From: the human T2T-CHM13v2.0 reference genome, Homo sapiens
Strand: one strand, 5' to 3'
DNA: 64,000 bases
Assembly: GCF_009914755.1 (NCBI RefSeq)
Contig: NC_060931.1
Shown: positions 57,610 to 64,000 of the stretch, piece by piece
Layout of the letters: every line of letters begins with the position of its first letter
Numbering within the stretch: the stretch's first letter is position 1
The notes under the pieces: model-generated
The model's database searches: none
What the model saw: only the letters and a program-made list of their open reading frames with translations
What the model was told of the DNA's origin: nothing
Made by a program: the position numbers and the translations under genes

Positions 57610-57879
57610 CTGTTAAAAAAAAGAATGCAATAAGATATAATTTGTATATTACGATAATCAGAATATATAATATAACTGAGGCAGTACAATGTAAATTCAA
57701 CAAACCATAGGCACAGTTCTCTTGTGAAGCCATAATTGACAAATATTATTGGCAAATCCATCTTTATTGGATCATTCTTATCAGCATACAAATACATTGT
57801 AATGATTGCCCTTTTAAAAATAGAAAACGCCATCACTTTTGATGAAAGAAAATGGCTTGAAAGAAAAATCGTTTTTTTT

Positions 57880-59055
57880 TCTTCCTACTCTCCCTTCGAG
57901 ACTGATATAATCAGTCTTTCTTTCACATCAGACCATGGAAACCCTCTTGGAAAGATCATATTACCCATACTTTTGATAAATTCAATAATTAATTTAGTCC
58001 TCATTTTACTTAACATTGAAATACCACTTAAGTCCGTTGATGACTCTCTTTCTGTTGAAACTGATTATGTGGCTTTCTCTGATTTTCCTCCCGCCTCCTG
58101 GTCTACCTAGTCTTGGTCTCTTTATTGGCTCTTCTATTTCCCACAATTTCTCCCACCTCAGTAAATGGTACCATCATTTGCCTGGATAAATATTCAGTCC
58201 AAAATTCTCACAATAATCCTTGTTTCATTTTTTTTTCCCCCTGATAGGTCTCATCCAAAACATGACCAGATCTTTCTGGCTGTATCTTTACATGATAGAT
58301 TTAAAGTCTATTTTAAAATATTTAAAACAAATTATATTTTTTAATGTATTTCCACTTCTCTGTCACCTCCACTGCCACCATCCAAAGTCTAAGTGACCAT
58401 CTCCCATTAGCTAAAGTAGTAGTTTACAAGTCATCTCTGTGCTTCCACTCTTGCCCTGCTACTAATTATTGACCACACATGAGCCACAATTACAACTAAA
58501 AGCATAAATCATTCAAGTCACACTACTGCTTAAATCTCTGCTGTGGCTTTCCATAACATGTAAGATAAAATCTGAAGACTTTAATATGCCTTACAAGAAA
58601 CTACAATATCTGTTCCCTGCCTTTTTGTCTTATATCATTTCCTACTCTTTTCTCTCTTTATTGTATTCTGGCAAAATAATCTGCCAGATTATTCCTGCTT
58701 CATGGCCTTTCCATTTGCCATTAGTTCATCTTAGATTACTCTTCCCATTGATCTTCATATCATTCCGAAATTTGCTCAAATATTAGGATCTCCCTTACCA
58801 ATCTGCCTGAAATGGTCTCTCTCACTCCTCAATCATTCTCCTTCCACTTACCAAGCTTTTTTTCACAGAAGATATAAGTAAGTAAAATAAACGTGTTAGA
58901 TATTTGTTTGTTTTCTGCTTCCCATGTTTGAAACTAGACTGTAAGTTGCCTGAGATGATGGATTTTATATCGTGCTCATTGCCGTACCTCTAGAACTCAA
59001 ATAAATGGTAAGCATATTATGAGCAACTAGATATATCTTTTCAATAAATGCATAT
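57880..59055 (+). mobile_element. L2 fragment
   Basis: ctcagtaaatggtaccatc, cctccactgccaccatcc, actagactgtaagttgcctgag...caataaat. Confidence 0.7.
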
Positions 59056-59469
59056 TGAAGATGTTCTTGAGTTTGAAGAAATGATTTTTAAAATATGAAG
59101 TAATCTTTTATCTCCACAAGTTTTCTACACCCACGCCTACGATCGTGTGCTAGACCTTTCAACCTATGCTGCAATCTTATAGCCCACTATTCCAGACCTT
59201 TCCATTTCTGACTCATCCAGATCCTTTATTTCCATTTACAGAATCCCTCTTGTCTCCAGGGTGTGTGTTCTGAGCAATAAGAAGGATAAAATTGCTCTTA
59301 TCACCTTCTCCTTCTTCATGCGACACATCCCCATTCATCTGTCATGGTTCACGACAAATGCTCTGTCACCAGCTTGCTCCACAGCTTTCTCAAGCTGGGT
59401 TATATGGACCTTTTATTTGGATACACAATATATCTCTGTTTTAGCACTTGTTTCTATTTTGTAGTCTTA

Positions 59470-59612
59470 AGCTTAATGTCCTCTAACTGCCACTGGACCA
59501 TAAGCTCATAGAAAACAGGAAAGCAAGTCTTTTTCATCTTTGTGTCCCCAGAGCCTGGCACTACTGGACCAGATCAGGAACTTAATAAATGGCTTGTGGA
59601 TGCATGAATGAT
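59470..59612 (+). mobile_element. L2 3' end
   Basis: ctggaccataagctc...catctttgtgtccccagagcctggcac...aataaatggcttgtggatgcatgaatg. Confidence 0.7.
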
Positions 59613-60790
59613 TAAATTATATTACCAACTTATGACATTTTTTATGTAATAGGCTATACATTGTTGCCATTTTAAAATAATATTTTAAAAAGTCTAAAAT
59701 AGTATCTGCATATTGCCCCTCCCCACCCAAAATGAGTGCCGTGCTGTGAGAAAGACAATAAAAATTTTATGCTTGGTTTGCCACCAAGCATAACCCCACT
59801 GAGTCAAAGAGATGCAGGGTAGTAAGGTAAAAACAGCACGCAACCCAGAATTAGGAAAACACATTTCTATTATTTTGCCACTATCTCTTAGTATTGTTTG
59901 GTGTAACCCACTTTTTTCTCCTAAGACTTGATTTCTTATTCTCTAATAGAAGAAAGTCAAGATGGGTGCCCTCCAAGATCACATTATTTTGATATTATTT
60001 GATAGTCAAAAATTTTCACATAAGAATATAGCTTCCTTTAAGTGGTAGGGTTGCTTCCTCTGGATACATGCTTGTATAAGACTGCAAAGCTTTGAGTTTT
60101 GAAAAAACAGTTCTTATTAATGCTATAGCATTTAATTGGAAATCCTAGCTCACATCTTTCTTATAGTTAGTGTTCAAGTGCTGATTGATTGAATCAGGAT
60201 AATACCATTAAGACTTCTATGCCCAAAGAAAACAGACAAAATTATTAAGATACAGTTGCTAAGATGCAGAAGAAATTTAAAGATATAGAAAATGGAATTT
60301 ATTCGTTTTATTAAGCAAGCCAAGGCTTATACGCAATATAAAAGATCTTAAGAATATGTCATAGGTTACTACCTACTGTGTTGCTATGAGACCTGCACTA
60401 GAAAGATCTAATGCCACCTGTGAAAAGTAACTATAGTAGACCATAAGGCAGCTAAGGAATTCAGACTACACATTGTATGTTGGCCACACCCAGTCTAGCA
60501 AGATTTATATATACATTTTAATTTAGAAAGTTCATAATATTCCTTTTGTAAAACAAGGATCATTTCAGAGAAAATATGAAAAAAGGTGGAAAAAATCTCT
60601 CTGATTAACAAATTGCACATTAACTGGTACGATGACATGGTTTGAAAAACAAAAATAATACTTAGCTGCAAATACAGGTGTATAGGACACATATAAAAAT
60701 TTTTCATTAGACTCAGCTCATATACTTTTATTAAAATGTGCATAATGTGAACTTCAGACTGTATATGAATAACATAGAAAAGAATCAGGA

Positions 60791-60899
60791 AACAGCTATA
60801 AAATGTATATATATATAATAACAGCTATTATATATATAATAACAGCTATTATATATATATAATAACAGCTATTATACACACACACACACACACACACAC
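60791..60899. repeat. Short AT-rich minisatellite (AACAGCTAT core x4) plus (CA)n
   Basis: Cores at 60791, 60820, 60841 and 60864, separated mostly by (TA)n. Confidence 0.85.
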
Positions 60900-61609
60900 T
60901 TATACGATTAAGAAACTGGTTACATTCTGGAAGGAATTGTTTTTTGCTTTTTTTTCACTGGTCATTTTCCAGCTTTATCAGTCCCTGGCCAGAGCTCCAG
61001 CCATGCAAGGAATTGAGTTCTTGAGAAGTGAATTACTTGAGGATTACAGATATGTTGAGAATATGGGGTCAGTAGTGGAGGCAGCAGAGGGATTTTTCTA
61101 ATGTGCTCATGTCAACATGACTACACTGGTTAATCTTGAGGGCCCGTTATTGCCAGAGACAGGAACAGGTCTCCAGAGTATGTTCCATACATGCCCAGTG
61201 TTTCAAATATACCATTAAATCAGCAGTATTTACAACAAAATAAATTGTGACAATTTAAAAATAGGTGATTACATGATGAGACAGATACTAAATTCTCAGT
61301 AGTTCCACAAGACATTTTCATAACATAGTAATCCAAAGACAGTATTTAAAAAGCATTAGTTAATCCGTGGCTTATTTGTGAAATGAAACTTAGAAATTTA
61401 AAATTTGCTATATGCAGTAGTTTCTGTTTGCATTATATGCATAAATGATAACACATATAAACACACTAAATATGGGAATAAGATTCTTAATTTTTCTACT
61501 TATGATACTAGCAAAGGAAAATCTGTAGAGTGTAAATACATGTTTTGTTCTAGATGGTGGACACATGAAAAATTGTTCATATCCATTTGTCACTTAAGAT
61601 TTAATGGCT

Positions 61610-64000
61610 CTTCCACTGCCCTGAAGGGTGAGTCCCGGACCAGGCAGTATTCATCACAAACTGACTTGAGAGCCGTGGGCCTTAAGGGAATATTGGAGAT
61701 AGGCTAGCAATATTCCCTGTGGCCCGTTGTGGTGATGACCACAGGGTGACACTCCTTTTCCTTTGGAAGGAGAGAGAAGAGTGGGAAGTGCTGCATCTTG
61801 TGGCTTGAGTGACAGCTCAGCCACAGTACAACAGAACAGGTGGAGTTCTGAGGTTTTTGACTCTGGTCCCTGATTGCTGGAGGATGGCAACTCTGGACCT
61901 ACCTGGGACCTCGGGTGACTCGCCACCCTGAAGGGAAGGACATAGGCCTGGCTGGCTGTGCTACCTGATGATTGTAGAACCCCAGAGCCTTGAGCGAACA
62001 TAGGCAGCAGCCAGGGAGTGGTTACAGCAGGTCTTGGGGCAACACCCAGTCCTGTGCTGGCTTTAGATCTGACCCAGCACAATCCTAGTGGTGGTGGCCA
62101 AGGAGTAGTTGTGTCACTCCACCCCTAGCTTTCAGTGGCTCAGAACAGAGAGAGACACTCTATTTGTGTGGGAGGAAGAAGAAAGAGAACAAGAGTTTTC
62201 GTCCAGTAATCCATAGGATTCTTTCAGATCTTGTCCAAGGCCATCAAGGTAGTATGTCTATGAGTCTGCAAGAAACACAGCATTACTGGGCTTGGGGTGC
62301 CCCCTAAAGCTGTTACAGCTTAGATCACAATACCCAAGTCCTTCTGAATATCTGGAAAGCTTTGCCAAGAAGGATGGGGACAAAGAAGGTGAGAAGGTGA
62401 AGACTACAATAAATATCTAGCTTTTTAATGCCCAGACATCCAAGAACATCTACTAGTATCAACACCATCCAGGAAAACATGACTTCACCAAATGAGCTAA
62501 ATAAGGTACCAGGAACCAATCCTAGTGAAACAGAGATATGTGACTTTTCAGACAGAGAATTCAAAATAGCTGTTTTAAGGAAACTCAAATTTAAGATAAA
62601 GCGGAGAAGGTATTCAGAATTCTATCAGATAAATTTAACAAAGAGATTAAAATAATTATATATTAATTAAAAATAACTAATATATCATATAATTATATAT
62701 TTTTTAAATTAATTGAATTAAAAAGAATCAAGCAGAAATTCTGGATTTGAAAAAGGTAATTGGCATACTGAAGAATGCATCAGAGTCTTTTAATAGCATA
62801 AGAGATCAAACAGAAGAATTAGTAAGCTTGAAGACAGGTTATTTGAAAATGCACAGTCAGTGAAAACAAGAGGAAATAATAATTTTTAAAAATGAAGCAC
62901 ATCTACAGGATCTAGAAAATAGCCCCCAAAGGGAAATCTAAGAGTTATTGGCCATAAAGAGGAGGTAGAAAAAGAGATGGGGTAGACAGTTAATTCAAAG
63001 GTATAATAACAAAACCCTAGGGAAAGATATCAATATCCAAGTACAAGAAGGTTATAAAACACTAAGCAGATTTGACCCAAAGAAGACTAGCTCAAGGCAT
63101 TTAATAACTCCAAAAGGTCAAGGATAAAGAAAGGATTCTAAAAGCAACAAGAGAAAAGAAGCATATAGCAGGCAATGGAGCTTCAATATGTCTGGTAGCA
63201 GACTTTTCAGTTGAAACCTTACAGACCAGGAGAGAGGGGCATGACATATTTACGGTGCTGAAAGAAAAAAACTTTTACCCTAAAATAGTATATCTGGTGA
63301 TGATATCCTTCAAATATAAAGGAGAAATAAAGACTTTTCTAGACAAACAGAAGCTGAGGGATTTTATCAACACCAGACCTGTCCTATGAGAAATGCTAAA
63401 GGGAGTACTTCAGTCCACAAGATAAAGGATGTTAATGAGCAATAAGAAATCACCTGAAAGTACAAACTCACTGGTAATATTAAGTACACAGAAAAACATG
63501 GAATATTATAACACAGTAACTGAGGTGTAAACTACTTCATCCTAAGTAAAAAGACTAAATGATGAACCAATAAAAAATAAAAAGTACAACAATTTTTGAA
63601 GACATAGACAGTACAATAAGATATAAATAGAAACAACAAAAAGTTAAAAAGCAGAAGGATAGAGGTAAGGCATAGAGTTTTTATTATTACTTGTGCTTAT
63701 TTGTTTGTTTATACAAACAGTGTTAGTTGTTATCAGCTTAAAAAAATGTGTTATAAGATAGTATTTGGAAGCCCCATGGTAACCACAAACCAAAATCAAA
63801 CAATGGATACACACAAAATAAAAAGCAAGAAACTAAATTATACCACCAGAGAAGATCACCTTCACTAAAGGAGGACAGGAAGAAAGAGAAGACAAAAAAA
63901 CAACCAGAAAACAAATAACAACATGGCAAGAGTAACTTCTTACTTATCAATAATAACATTGAATGTAAATGAACTAAACTCTGCAAACAGAAGACATACA
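61610..64000 (+). mobile_element. Old L1 (L1M1/L1MA-type): 5' UTR, decayed ORF1, inter-ORF region and start of ORF2
   Basis: ORF1-like QENMTSPNELNK...FSDREFKIAVLRKL; ORF2 start MARVTSYLSIITLNVNELNS at 63923; many stops and frameshifts. Confidence 0.9.

Noticed and set aside
61610-64000. Active full-length L1
   Set aside because: It is an old subfamily whose ORF1 is broken by multiple stops, frameshifts and an AT-rich insertion.

Overview
This is primate (most likely human) genomic DNA from inside the very large neurexin-family gene CNTNAP2 (Caspr2), transcribed on the + strand. The only protein-coding sequence is one 120-bp phase-1/phase-1 exon at 4391-4510 (..[39 protein letters not shown]..). 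It encodes the start of the fibrinogen-like domain and is exon 12 from memory. The rest is AT-rich intron filled with Alu, L1, L2, MIR, LTR (THE1, MLT1, MER4, MER41, LTR7, MER34-group) and DNA-transposon (MADE1, MER5A, MER94, Tigger3a, MER58) relics, plus micro- and minisatellites. Other ORFs in the track are repeat-derived or chance ORFs. I found no new gene system and no CRISPR-like system. The most notable structures are: (1) a young L1 insertion with both a twin-priming inversion and a 3' transduction (44527-46565); (2) two same-orientation LTR7 solo LTRs 7.5 kb apart with patchwork identity suggesting gene conversion; (3) a 361-bp insert with a TSD and no recognisable TE identity inside an LTR, possibly an orphan transduction; (4) sense THE1 LTRs with DUX4 motifs and strong splice donors; (5) a MER41B LTR with one GAS motif at STAT6-type spacing; (6) an 8-unit hairpin/(TG)n compound VNTR; (7) two old local duplications. 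Repeat subfamily names come from recalled consensus sequences and need RepeatMasker/Dfam confirmation. Boundaries of old repeats are approximate.
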